This document shows, in pieces, positions 21,029 through 32,039 of a DNA stretch of 64,000 nucleotides. The stretch covers positions 64,001 to 128,000 of the IMG/VR virus record IMGVR_UViG_2531839014_000003, one strand, 5' to 3'. The notes beneath the pieces were generated by a model, which made no database searches, was not told the DNA's origin, and worked only from the letters and a program-made list of their open reading frames with translations. The first letter of the stretch is position 1; each line of letters begins with the position of its first letter. The DNA is from a virus (lineage: Duplodnaviria; Caudoviricetes). The position numbers and the translations under genes were made by a program.

Positions 21029-21283
21029 CTAAAATTTCCTTCCGTTAATCTCAAATTTCATGCTACTTTAATACCAATCATGTTTATTGAACTCACCATT
21101 TTTGATAAGCTTTAATATATGCATTAAGCTGTTCCTGTGACATATCACGAACAAAATTAACTGTTCTAAGGAATTGCTCAAAACTCATTTTATTTTCAGT
21201 TAAAAACTCATGTAATGGTTTTTTTCTTCTGCGTGTCTATCATACACTAACGACATTCTATTATCCCCCTTGAATCTATTATT

Positions 21284-21892
21284 TCATGCTCTTACTACTA
21301 TATCAATAGCAGCATCATAAGCCTGCTCATATGTGTTCCATTTTAAATTGTCACCATCTCTCAACTGCATATCTCCAATATAAGCATAATAATGATTTCC
21401 ACCATCAAACTGTTTAATGCGTATATCTGAATCTGTATAATTCGGAAATATAAGTTCCTTCCTACGGCACCATTGAGTATATTGAATATGAAATGTACTT
21501 CCACCAACTTGATTTATATATGTCTGACCATTACGCCGTATATCATTTAATTCCTTGAATCCCATTTCTATATTCAGAGAACGGAACCCATCAAAGATAG
21601 TGCCATTGATTTTTTCGGCTTGTATAATAGCCCCATACATGAGGTTAAAATTTTTCATATTTTTCATCATCAAGGTAAACCGTTCTTCTTGTGTCATTGA
21701 ATCTAGTACTTCTAAAACAGATTTCTTATCAGAATTTTCGTGTCCTTGTTTATATAATTCCAAATATAAATCCAAAGCCCCTGTCATACGAGAATCTTTA
21801 GTTTGGGACATATAATCCAATAATTTTTCTGGCGTATCTAATTTTAGCCACCAGCCTTGACTTTCCTGATCATATACAAACAAATACTCCAT
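21284..21892 (-). CDS. Hypothetical phage protein
   Basis: 202-aa ORF with AGGAGGAG SD. Confidence 0.7.
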   Translation of the reverse strand: MEYLFVYDQESQGWWLKLDTPEKLLDYMSQTKDSRMTGALDLYLELYKQGHENSDKKSVLEVLDSMTQEERFTLMMKNMKNFNLMYGAIIQAEKINGTIFDGFRSLNIEMGFKELNDIRRNGQTYINQVGGSTFHIQYTQWCRRKELIFPNYTDSDIRIKQFDGGNHYYAYIGDMQLRDGDNLKWNTYEQAYDAAIDIVVRA

Positions 21893-23780
21893 TTATCTCC
21901 TCCTACTATTTTATCGAAACTAGCATGAAATAATCCTTTCAGGCCGCTTCTAGTCGTTTACTCTCTTCTTATATTTTCTCTCAGCAATAATAATACGATT
22001 ATAGTCTTCTTTTGGCATAATACACGTATCTCCGCTCATACCAATAATAACCATCTTCTGGCCACCACATAAAAAGTCATCAATGATTTTGTATTTCTTT
22101 TCCATGAAATATCACTCCTATTATACTATTTCTCCATTACAAAAGCCACCAGATTTTATCCAGTGGCCTGTTCTAACATAACCTATTTTTTTCGAGACGG
22201 AGTAGTATGAATGTCATTTAGGGATATCATAACCTCCGTTATTTGTCTTAATATCAATATCCCTCTGTGACATGCCATTTGACCGATCAACTCCCATCTG
22301 AGTATAATCTAATCTTTTTCCAGGTGGACACAAGCGATTGTGAGCATCATGGCTTGGTTTCTTAAGAATGTAGATAAATCCAATAATAAGAATAATAGAC
22401 ACAAGAGTTTCCATAATATACCTTCCTTTCCAAATTAACCGTCATAATTTACAAATATTATACCAAAACGCAATAAATATTACAACTATCTACCCAACGC
22501 TTCAATGATAAGTTTAACTCCATTACAAAATCCAGAAACATAACTCTCTATCATCCCAAATTCTATCTGATTTGATAAAATATACCTCATCAAGTTTAAT
22601 CTGCTCTGGCATTTTTTCTCTAATACTGACACACTTTACTTTCATACTTTTATTCTTCCTTACATTTTCCAATCTCTCTTTTAACAGTTCGAATGATTCC
22701 ATCATCACTTCTATCACCATTCAGGCATCTTTTAATAAGTCCTTCAAATTTTTCCACAGGATAATTTATAAAATCCATTTCAAATTGACGTGTGGCTCTC
22801 CCCGTAATTATCCATCTACTAACTGCAAACAATACAAAATCTGCGAGACAATCTGTTTCTTTGTATTTGTTACACATCTTCTGCAATTCCCATAATTTAT
22901 CATCAATCTGATTCTGATATGCTACCATTTCATACTCCTCCAATAAAAAATCGAATTATACTGTTTTATGTAATTCCTCTCCTATCAAATATCCGTTTCA
23001 TCCTACATTTCCAATTCCTCTGCCGGACGCTGTAACCATTCCAATTCCCATCATATTCCCCAATCCTATCACTATTACACTAAATACCTGTACCGTAAAC
23101 AATTCCTTTCTCAATCAACTGTTCGAAAGTCACCTTTTTTATTTCGTTCTCCGGAATGGCCGCAATAATATTTACGTTATCCTCTAATGCTTGTATATCT
23201 ATAGGCTGGCACAAATGACAAATGATAAACACATGAAAATGTGGAAACTGTTCTGGATCATAATTTTCAAAGTCTTCAGGTTGTTTTAAATTTGAATCTT
23301 TAATATGTGGTGCAAACATATCTGGGAATGCAAACATACTTGTCATCTTATCATACCTCCTCCTTAAATAATATCAAATTCACCCACTGGCTCAATGTAC
23401 TTAACAGTTCCACCAGTATACCTACAAACATATTCGGCAGCTACTATACCGATTCCAATCATATCATTCTCTGATTGGGATTTTGCAACATCCATTCCAA
23501 TTTCAAATAAGTTAATTATCTCTGCTTTCATTGTTTCTTCTTCAGATGGATTAAACACACTAATAATATCAACACCCATTAAATTTTCCTTCTTAATTAA
23601 TTTCCTCTTCGTTTACATCATACCTCACGGTCCCAGGATGGAGCCTATGTAATTCTTTCTTCAATAGCTCCCGCGCAAAATCATTTCCGGTCAAATCCGT
23701 CTTTCCCTGTGCTGCCTTAATAGAAAACAACCTGTCCGTGTCTTCGATTCCTAACCAAAACTCAAACATCGGCATTTCAT

Positions 23781-24323
23781 CTATCCCCTTCCTCTATAAC
23801 TCCTTATCCTCACTTCTGGTTCCACAAAATCAGCATCTATATGTTGCTTAATAACAGACAACATCCACTCCCTACAATCAGCCGTATTACAAATCCATCC
23901 CCAATCATCCTTGTTCTTGTAATCAAATCCAGCTTTATTTTTAAGCATTTCAATAAATTCGGAAAAGAATTCCCTTTCGGCTAAGCTACCTCCATCACAA
24001 TTCCCGGATGGAAAGTGTGCCTTGCAACCATATAGCAACGTTGGAAAATCTGCATCATCTTTATGCTTACTCTTTGATTTCCGTTGTGATATAGGATATC
24101 TGACCCGCTCTGATAGCAATAAATTAAACGCCCAGACATATTCCAGAATTTGTTTCTGCTTAATTTGAAGCTGCCGGTTCGCAATCTTAGGAATCAAGAC
24201 AAGCAGTTCCTCGATTCTGTTTGTGTCTGTCGCATAGCCCATGATTAGGTTTTCAACAAATTCATGAGCGTTCTCCTGTTGTAACTGTTTTTTGATAATA
24301 TTTGACTGTTCTAACGACAACAT
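23781..24323 (-). CDS. Hypothetical phage protein
   Basis: 180-aa ORF with GGAGG SD. Confidence 0.65.
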   Translation of the reverse strand: MLSLEQSNIIKKQLQQENAHEFVENLIMGYATDTNRIEELLVLIPKIANRQLQIKQKQILEYVWAFNLLLSERVRYPISQRKSKSKHKDDADFPTLLYGCKAHFPSGNCDGGSLAEREFFSEFIEMLKNKAGFDYKNKDDWGWICNTADCREWMLSVIKQHIDADFVEPEVRIRSYRGRG

Positions 24324-24339
24324 AAGCGCATTTTCCTCC

Positions 24340-25023
24340 CTATCTAACTAAGCATTTGCTCCAGATGTTCTTTCCAGTAACCGGATGTTTATCTATTCTC
24401 CGTCTACCTTTAGAATTCCAACTTCCACCTCTATTATTTCCAATCAATGTAAAGCCAGACGCCAATAATGATTTTCCATTTTCTTCTTGAAGAGTATATG
24501 TAATAAGATTTTGATACCCCATTTCCTTTGCGATATGAGATACCTTTGAATACAAAAGGCTGCACAAATTTTTGTATCCCGTTTTAACGCATAACCGTGT
24601 GACCTCCAATGTTTTTCCATCATCTCTGTATCAGCTTACTGGCCTTCCGGCTATAATGACCCCCAATATAATCTCCCCATCCGTGGCAGCAACGGCAAAT
24701 TTGCACCCTTGTGGCGCTACATGGTGCCTGTGATATTTATCCACAAACTCTTTAGCAGCTTTAAAAGTAATGGGGATGATCTGATATTTCATAAGAGTGT
24801 ATTCTGGGAAGTAATCATCCATATACTTAGCAGCTTGTTTATATGTGTGGCATAAATCACAGAAAATTTCCCATCCATCATCCATCAAATCACCAAGTAC
24901 ATATGTATCACCATCACCAATTTCTTCCTCTGTAAGAATCATATACTTTTTAGTTGATTCTTTGGTTAATATGAACACCCAGGTACACTTCTGCGAAAAT
25001 ACTTCTACCATGCTCTCACCCAC
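24340..25023 (-). pseudogene. XF1762-like (Mom/GNAT-like) protein interrupted by an in-frame TGA
   Basis: Two same-frame ORFs joined: HRHH...GRPVS*YRDDGKTLEVTRLC...ITYTLQEENGKSL. Confidence 0.7.
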
Positions 25024-25042
25024 TTCCCAGTAAACATGTATT

Positions 25043-25777
25043 TCATAGTAACACTACTTGTACTACTTCCATTTTATATTCTTTCTGTCCTGTCTGTTTT
25101 TCATGGTCCATACCACTAAAAGCTCGCCAGTATACAGAATCCATTCCATTTTCCATTTTTCCCTCTATCTTATCAAAGAATGGCTTATATGTATTTTCAT
25201 AATCATAATCTCGATTATCTGTTTTTGGTAGCTTTACATATTCTTCGGCTTTCTTGTTCACATCGTCAATAAAACTCTGTGCGTCCTGTTCTGTATCAAA
25301 AGTCAAAACATCTTCTGGTTTATCACCATATCCATATAAACATTTATTTTTACACACGTTCCTGCCACCACTAAAAGAATTTAAGAAGTTGAAGCTTACA
25401 CCATAAGCAAATTTTGCATTCTTCCATCCTTCTAATGTCTTGCGTCTGATTTCTTCCCCATAATCACGGTCAATAAATCTTACAACATCTTCAAATGTCA
25501 TTCCAAATAAATGAGATTGTAAAAATCCATCTCCTAAATCCTTTTTAATACATTCAATTGCGTCTTTGGGTCTTCCTAAAAACAATCCCATTTCATCATA
25601 CGGATTATTCGGACAGTAATATTCTCTACCGTCCTTATCTTTCTGGATTACACAGCAATCAATCTGATTTCCATTCTTATCATATACCGCAATTTTATCT
25701 ACAATCCTTGAATACTCTCCTCTGGCTCCATTTAAAGCTTTGAACCTTCTTATTTTATACACTGTGAACACCTCCAT
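25043..25777 (-). CDS. Hypothetical phage protein
   Basis: 244-aa ORF; stop in junction motif. Confidence 0.65.
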   Translation of the reverse strand: MEVFTVYKIRRFKALNGARGEYSRIVDKIAVYDKNGNQIDCCVIQKDKDGREYYCPNNPYDEMGLFLGRPKDAIECIKKDLGDGFLQSHLFGMTFEDVVRFIDRDYGEEIRRKTLEGWKNAKFAYGVSFNFLNSFSGGRNVCKNKCLYGYGDKPEDVLTFDTEQDAQSFIDDVNKKAEEYVKLPKTDNRDYDYENTYKPFFDKIEGKMENGMDSVYWRAFSGMDHEKQTGQKEYKMEVVQVVLL

Positions 25778-27158
25778 CTATTCTTGATACTATGTAATTC
25801 TCCATTTGAAAAGTATATTTCTTCACTGATTTTCTAGTTCAAATATTGCGCAGCGTAGTGCTGATAACTCTTTGTCTAGTTCTGCCCACTCATAAGTATG
25901 AGAATTAGTTTTCTCCTTCTCTCTCTCAATTTTGTACATTAATTTGTATAATGTATCTATCTGTTTTTTTATCATAGGCTTTCCTCCTCATAATATCCTC
26001 CCATATATTAACGCCTTCTTCCATGTAAACGTGCATTTCATGGTGTAACCATTCGTTTTCCATTTCTCCCTGTGCATGATAAAGAGTTTCAAGCATGTCT
26101 ACAAGCGTATTTACTGCACTTTCCGTCCTACAAAGTATTCATTTCCACTACTCCAAATTTCTCCCTCAGAGTAATCTCTTAATCTATCCGCAATTTCTGT
26201 AAACCAATCAATTCTACGTTCTTCCATCTTTATTTTCTCCAATCTGCCCAAATGGACTTGAAATTTGTATTGTCACACCAATAATGGGCTTTTCCATTCA
26301 CAAAACCCAAACGCTTCACACATAACAAATATCATGTCTTTATGCTCTACAGCTTTATCCCAGCAATTTAGACACCATGTATATTTGATATCCGCAAAAG
26401 CATATTGCTTTACATCACTATCAAAGATTCGTATATTATCAATCTGGTAATCTCTATTTCCACGTTTGCGCATCTCATAACTGAAGTAGTCTATAAGACT
26501 TTCTTTCATTTTTCCTATGTCCATCTCTATACCTCCATTCAGTACGCCGCATTATAGAGGCTCTCCGACATACATTTAACCCGTGCCATTATGTAATCCC
26601 CCTATTTCAATAATTCACGTTTTATCTGCAATTATCACGATAATCAATAATTGCTTCTTCAACACTATCGTTCCAATCATTACAATTATTCGGAACTAAA
26701 TTTGTTTCTGTATCAAATACAACAAACCCAAAATAATAGGAAGAATATGGATGTTCCCTTTTAAATCTTTTAAAGTCATAATCACAGTCGCCTGTAGTTC
26801 CGTCTAAATCTTCATATACAACGACTCTTATTTCTTACCTTTCATCAAGTCTCATATTATTCTCCAATCTGCCTATGTAACTTTGAAAATTATATGTTCA
26901 TTCTATTTACTTAGGCAAACTTAATCCTCTTTTAGTAAATTCATGTTGCATACACATTGCTGCTGCATATACGTCTGTTTCTTCTAATGTGTTACCATCC
27001 ATAGAGGTATACGGCTTATTGGATAAAACACTCATACATGCCTTCCAATAATATTTTAGTTCTTCATCATTCATCGTTTTTAAATTACGCATTTAGTCCT
27101 CCAATCTGTCACACAATGACTTGAAATTCGCTTTTCTTCTGTTCTCTAAACTTTTCTT

Positions 27159-27527
27159 TTACAATAACGCTCTTAGCTTTTCTGAAAACTCTTTCAATGC
27201 GTTTTCTTTATATTCCTCATTATGTACAAGGTCAACAACGCCAGGAATGCCAGCAAAACCATTTCTTTTAGCTTCTAACATTAAACAAGTTTCTTCCTCT
27301 ACATCAAACGCCACATAACACTCATCTACTTCTTTGTATAGTCTTCCAATCAATTCCTTCTTAGTCTTTGGATTTTCGATTGTAAGCGTTGTACACCAGT
27401 CCTCATTACAAGGATTATTACCTTGCATATAGAGTATAATATCTTTCTTTTCTTTCTCTACTGTAAAAGAAAAATCTGTGCCTTCTGATACTTTCTCTAA
27501 ATATTCCTCTATTTGTTCAATTTTCAT
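27159..27527 (-). CDS. Hypothetical phage protein
   Basis: ORF with GGAGG SD. Confidence 0.65.
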   Translation of the reverse strand: MKIEQIEEYLEKVSEGTDFSFTVEKEKKDIILYMQGNNPCNEDWCTTLTIENPKTKKELIGRLYKEVDECYVAFDVEEETCLMLEAKRNGFAGIPGVVDLVHNEEYKENALKEFSEKLRALL

Positions 27528-28028
27528 TGTTCTACCTCCATAATATCTATAAGTTGAAATGTGAATTTCCTGCTATCGTTCAATCATATATAAAATTGTC
27601 TCTGCCTATATATTCACCAGCTTCATAATCTTCATCTGAACAGCCTGAATACCATGTACACTTACCATGTCTATCTTCCTGTTCTGAAACTTCTTCCATA
27701 CAATCCTCTTCACTATTACCATGGAAATACAACCGTTCCCCATCCTCATAATCAGCAACAATTTTCCACGGTGTAACTAATGGCAAATATTCTTCTTTTG
27801 ATATTCTAGCCATCGTAATTCCTCCATTCATCACACGAAATTGCATTTTCTTACGCAAGTCTCCGTTTCCGTTCTATCTCTTCTAAATACTCCTCAAATT
27901 CCGGAATGCACTCGTTCAATTCTCCAAAATCACAACGCATTTTTATGCCATTCTTTTGGAGAAGATAATGACCGTATTCACGTGTAACGCTAATTCCATT
28001 GATTTTTATTCCAGTTATTTGCATTATT

Positions 28029-28298
28029 TCACCTCCTGAACATCATTACCATGTGACGAGTGGCCACAAGCCACATCCCTATTACAATACATACTATAGC
28101 AGCCATTCCAGCCGTTCTATCAATTGCAGAAATTGCGCACCCTAAAACGATCATAATGACACCACACAATTTTTGCTTGATGAAATATACCCTCATTCGT
28201 GTTTTTGTTCTATTTCTCCTAGCCCTCTGCAAATCAATAATCTTTTCCGCTTCTGTGAGCGTATATAACGGCTCATAACAGATTGTCTCCTTTAACAT
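28029..28298 (-). CDS. Small membrane protein
   Basis: Two hydrophobic C-terminal segments; AGGAGG SD. Confidence 0.6.
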   Translation of the reverse strand: MLKETICYEPLYTLTEAEKIIDLQRARRNRTKTRMRVYFIKQKLCGVIMIVLGCAISAIDRTAGMAAIVCIVIGMWLVATRHMVMMFRR

Positions 28299-29298
28299 AT
28301 TTCCTTACCCTCCTGTATTTTTCCGATTATGAACACTATAAAAGGCACTACGGTTTTTTATTCTCCGTAATGCCTTCTGACTGTTCACAATAAATTACAA
28401 TTTCTTCGGGTTTAATTTGCCTTTGGTAGCATTTCTCTTAAATCGTATTCTTCTAGTTCAATACCGTTGATGGATACGAACACGGTATAATCGCATATGT
28501 AACACTTTTCTTCCCGCTCTTGTTCCTCCGTTGTATCCAAAATATTACAATCGGAGTCTTCTATTTGGTTCCAAGAAACTCTATTATCTATAATAGATAA
28601 ATCGGATTCTTTGAAGTCTGAATAATTGCATTTATTGATATATGCAAGTAACAGCTCACCAATTCTATTATTAGCATGAATATCTACATCAAAGTTCCCA
28701 TTATAATATTCCATACCGGAGTACTGACAAAATTTTCCCTCTCCTTCTTTAGTCCACTCGTTAACCATTTTGATTCCGCCTTGAATAGACAATTTGAAAT
28801 TGTTCTGAAACTTTGCTATATTTAACATGATTTTATCCTACAATTTTCCGTATTATAAAAGGAAGGCTGCTAAACCTTCCTTTTACTGACTCTATGTTGT
28901 TAAAAAATCATTCCAATGCTGCAACAAATTTCTCCATCCACGCCTCACTAACATTCCCGGCAAAGATGTTTTCTATTAAGCGGCTCGTTAAATTCTTTTC
29001 TGTCAGCCACAATTATACAAAATTCTTTGTAAGAACCTGTTTCTAAAACCTCATTAAATGTCATTCTTATAATGTCCGCCTCCCCTATTTGCTCCCATAT
29101 AGTCCAGACAGTGACTTATAGTTTTTATCACTTATCCATGGTAACTGTGCAGCGTTTCCACCTCTGACAATCTCCGTTGTGCCGTCCTCATAGAAAATTT
29201 TGCCGACCTTGTTCCCGTTTTGGTCCATAGCGCTATGCCACTTCTTAACGGGTTTCCCGTTCCATACTTTCATATATGTACCGCCTTTCTTTTCGTAT

Positions 29299-29820
29299 TT
29301 ATACGGTTGTATGCCATTGTAAACCACGCTTATTGTATAAAGGAATCCAGTGTGCTTCATAAAAATCATATCCGGCACCATCTATTCCGAAGAAGTAACC
29401 AAATTCATTTGATTCATAAATCCTAAAGCCACAATCGGCCATTTCATTAAGATGATTTTCAAGCCACCAATTGTCACAAGAATCAGAAAACTGCCACATT
29501 GTTCCCCACATAGGAAAATAATCATCGTCTTCTCTGCTTAAATCCTCTTTTAATTCCTCGACCTTTTCGCCATTGGCAAGTTCAATAACTGCAATTTCTT
29601 CTCCATCTTCATTTTCTTTTATCTCTTTTATATAACCCATTTCCTGATTTTCATTGCTCCATACTCTACAACCTTCTGAAACTGGCGTGATTTCTCTCCA
29701 ACCGTCAATATCTAAATTAAACAATTTTTCTATCATTCCCAAAGGGAAAGCGTTAAAAGTTCCAACCCATTCTCTACATGCTTCTAAAATTGTTGTAATT
29801 TCTTTTGTCATAGTCTCCAC
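29299..29820 (-). CDS. Hypothetical phage protein
   Basis: Acidic ORF with GIDGAGYDFYEAHWIPLY. Confidence 0.65.
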   Translation of the reverse strand: METMTKEITTILEACREWVGTFNAFPLGMIEKLFNLDIDGWREITPVSEGCRVWSNENQEMGYIKEIKENEDGEEIAVIELANGEKVEELKEDLSREDDDYFPMWGTMWQFSDSCDNWWLENHLNEMADCGFRIYESNEFGYFFGIDGAGYDFYEAHWIPLYNKRGLQWHTTV

Positions 29821-31194
29821 CGTTTTAACCTTTCTTATTCTTCAATTTTTTCTCTTCCAGTAATGAAAAATCAAAAACTCTCTTCTCTTTACTGGTTTCA
29901 ACTCCATCTGCTAATATCAAGCCATTTTCTTTTGCTGTTTTTTTGCTGTCTTAAACAGTTTATATTCTTTCATCGTTTCCCCTCCATAGCCTCCTGGGCA
30001 AGCCTAATCGCATATCCTCCGGCCAATATTAATAATGCTACTACAAAATCCATTATGTATCCCTCCATAAGTAAATGAGCATATACACTGTGACGTGTAT
30101 ATGCCCTAATTATCGTTCCCAATACCATCCTGTGCCATCCTCTGTATAAAGCATTAACCCCGTGTCTGTGACATCAAAATCCGTCACGCTGGACATATTA
30201 AAATAGTTGGAATTACCCATAAAAATAGACGCTGTGACAAGCGCCGTTGTTACTGCCGTTATTAAGATTGTAGTTATAGTTTTCATTTCTCCCATCCCTC
30301 CATTTGCTCAATCTCTATCAGCATACGTGGCTGTTTTTCTGTTATTTTGTACTGTTTCATTCTATTTTCCCTCCCGCATTAATATTTACGATACTTGCGA
30401 TATTGCCAATCCCAATAGCATCTCGCAATTTCCTGACCGTTATCATCTAAATAGATGACTTCCCCAGACTCGCCACGTCCATAAGTTATGGCAAGCTCCA
30501 AAATATCATTACTGTCTGTATCATCTAATTTATACACCCGGCGGCTTGTGTTGTCGCTAACTATGGCCAATGTTCTCATAAAGTTGTTTCCTCCTTTACA
30601 GCTTTGATTTTCTTTATCACTTATCCATACAAGCAAGCTTTTGACTTCCTTGCATGGGAAATGATAAAAGACAGCCGTAATTGACTGTCTGTAATATGTA
30701 AGTCATATGTATTTGTATACCGCTTTGTCGCTGCCTCTATAGTCTGTCAGTCTATAGCCTTCTAGCGGTTTGCAAACTAAGCTATTTGCAACTGTTAATT
30801 CCTTGTACAATACAAGAGGTATTAACTACCTACGGCGTTTTTATCACAGGCACGCCGCCTTGATTCCTAATCTAGTACCGCCCCACATGGGCATGTTAGT
30901 TTTCTGTTTCGGAAATCACCTGGTTATATATCTATACTCGTTTTCGCCGCCTATCCTCATTTCCCTTTGCCCTCACATACCAAACATACAAGTTAGTGTA
31001 TAAAACTGAATCCATTCAGCTTGTAAATGATTATGCTACTCCAATTACTTTTAGCGGTTACTCACTTTTTAGAATTGTCAAGGTACGATATATTTGTTAC
31101 TTCTCTTTTTGGACGCACTTAACACACGTTCTGCAAAGTGAATCACAGAATGAGAAAATGCGCTCAATTTGTTTTAGGGAATTTTCCATCAGAT

Positions 31195-31313
31195 TTGACG
31201 GATTCCAAGAAATGTGATATACTCAATCTTGATTAGGGACTGAGGACACGTTAGCATTTCTTAAATGTGTTCCCTGGAATTGGGTGGAGTTGGTAGCTCC
31301 GCCCTTTTCTTTT
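31195..31313 (+). ncRNA. Candidate ~85-nt antisense sRNA with promoter and terminator
   Basis: TTGACG-17-TATACT (31195-31223); GGGTGGAGT-TGGT-AGCTCCGCCC + T-run. Confidence 0.55.
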
Positions 31314-31385
31314 GTCACCGTTTGTTACGGCAAATGGAATTGGGAAACTGAATTCCCCACGGCTGCACCGTCAATTCCTCTGTTA

Positions 31386-31655
31386 TTATGCAATGTCTAA
31401 ATGCTCTTTTATTTTCTTTATCTCCATGCGGAGATTGATTAATTCAAGTTCCATGCTCTCGCGTTTCTTTTCCATCTGGAGGGCTTCATCAAGACGCTGT
31501 TTAAGGAAATCGTGACCCTCACCGATAATGTCGATTTTCTTGCTAATCTCGTTTTCAATGGTAAGGTTGGTTTTTGTAACTTTTTCATCTACTCTTTCAA
31601 TTTTCTGGTTCAATGCATCCAGCTTTTCCAATATCAATTTTTCTGTTTCTGTCAT
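31386..31655 (-). CDS. Small coiled-coil protein
   Basis: Heptad-rich; own promoter TTGACT-17-TATACT and AAGGAG SD. Confidence 0.7.
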   Translation of the reverse strand: MTETEKLILEKLDALNQKIERVDEKVTKTNLTIENEISKKIDIIGEGHDFLKQRLDEALQMEKKRESMELELINLRMEIKKIKEHLDIA

Positions 31656-31747
31656 TCTTTGTTATCTCCTTTCCTTAACTTCTGAATCAAGTATAACACT
31701 TTACTTATTATGAGTCAATGGTTTTTTCTAATAATTATTGATTTTTT

Positions 31748-31966
31748 TCAATATATTTTATCTCCATCAGGGAATTCAAAACCAGAAAAATATTTTGCCC
31801 CCATAATTTCAGCAATCATTTTCATTTCCTCTTCTGAAAATTTTCCGGTTTTTAATCTTTGGGAAATAGTACCTTGTGTTACGCCAAATTTTTTAGCAAT
31901 ATCTTCTTGGCTGATTTTAGCTTTACTCATAGCACGCTTAATCTTTTCTTGCGTGTTTATTTCCAT
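31748..31966 (-). CDS. XRE-family HTH regulator
   Basis: ISQEDIAKKFGVTQGTISQRLK. Confidence 0.85.
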   Translation of the reverse strand: MEINTQEKIKRAMSKAKISQEDIAKKFGVTQGTISQRLKTGKFSEEEMKMIAEIMGAKYFSGFEFPDGDKIY

Positions 31967-32039
31967 GTTTATCCCTCCTACCTTTCAAGTGATTCCATTA
32001 TAGCATAAAGTGCATACAATGTCACACCCTGATAGGTTT

